Below the pieces are notes generated by a model that worked only from the letters and a program-made list of their open reading frames with translations, made no database searches and was not told where the DNA came from. Both the position numbers and the translations under genes were made by a program. Below, piece after piece: positions 63,939-64,000 of a stretch of DNA of 64,000 nucleotides; the stretch's first letter is position 1, and each line of letters starts with the position of its first letter. The stretch is from the NCBI GenBank assembly GCA_965215885.1, contig CBDCEW010000097.1, positions 1 to 64,000 of the forward strand, in the 5' to 3' direction. The DNA is from Candidatus Moanibacter sp. (GTDB lineage: Bacteria > Verrucomicrobiota > Verrucomicrobiia > Opitutales > UBA2987).

Positions 63939-64000
63939 ATGACAATTCTCATAAAGGACGGTACCGTTGTTACACTTGGAGAGCGTAACACGATCTTGAA
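63939..64000 (+). CDS. 5' start of an amidohydrolase (SsnA-like), cut by the window edge
   Basis: MTILIKDGTVVTLGERNTIL is a typical amidohydrolase N-terminus; TTGACA at 63904; divergent from the carbamoyltransferase operon. Confidence 0.5.
   Translation, partial: MTILIKDGTVVTLGERNTIL

Overview
A 64-kb bacterial chromosomal window, most likely Verrucomicrobiota (Opitutia-like). This is inferred from the short N-methyl-type pilin, the solo RelE-like gene next to pssA and the repeat types; it was not tested. Housekeeping genes include mscS, pssA, dnaN (with a candidate oriC upstream), moaA/moeA/moaC, clpB, nth, asnS and parE. A dispersed nucleobase-catabolism set comprises an NCS2-like permease, hydA, mmsA, prpBCD, xdhCAB, two tandem carbamoyltransferases plus carbamate kinase, and an ssnA-like start at the right edge. 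About 12.6 kb (~20%) is insertion sequence: IS66, IS1380, ISL3, two copies of an IS5-like element, and an unclassified two-ORF Mutator/IS256-like element whose 11-bp target duplication is centred on the loop of a repeated hairpin. Intergenic DNA is full of nested MITE/REP-like repeats, and one family abuts TAG stop codons. Other highlights are a DEP domain fused to a flavin disulfide reductase, a ~170-bp duplication around one IS copy, a perfect 70-bp palindrome, and scrambled IS fragments in and upstream of parE. Those fragments and several frameshifts point to long-read consensus noise or population heterogeneity.
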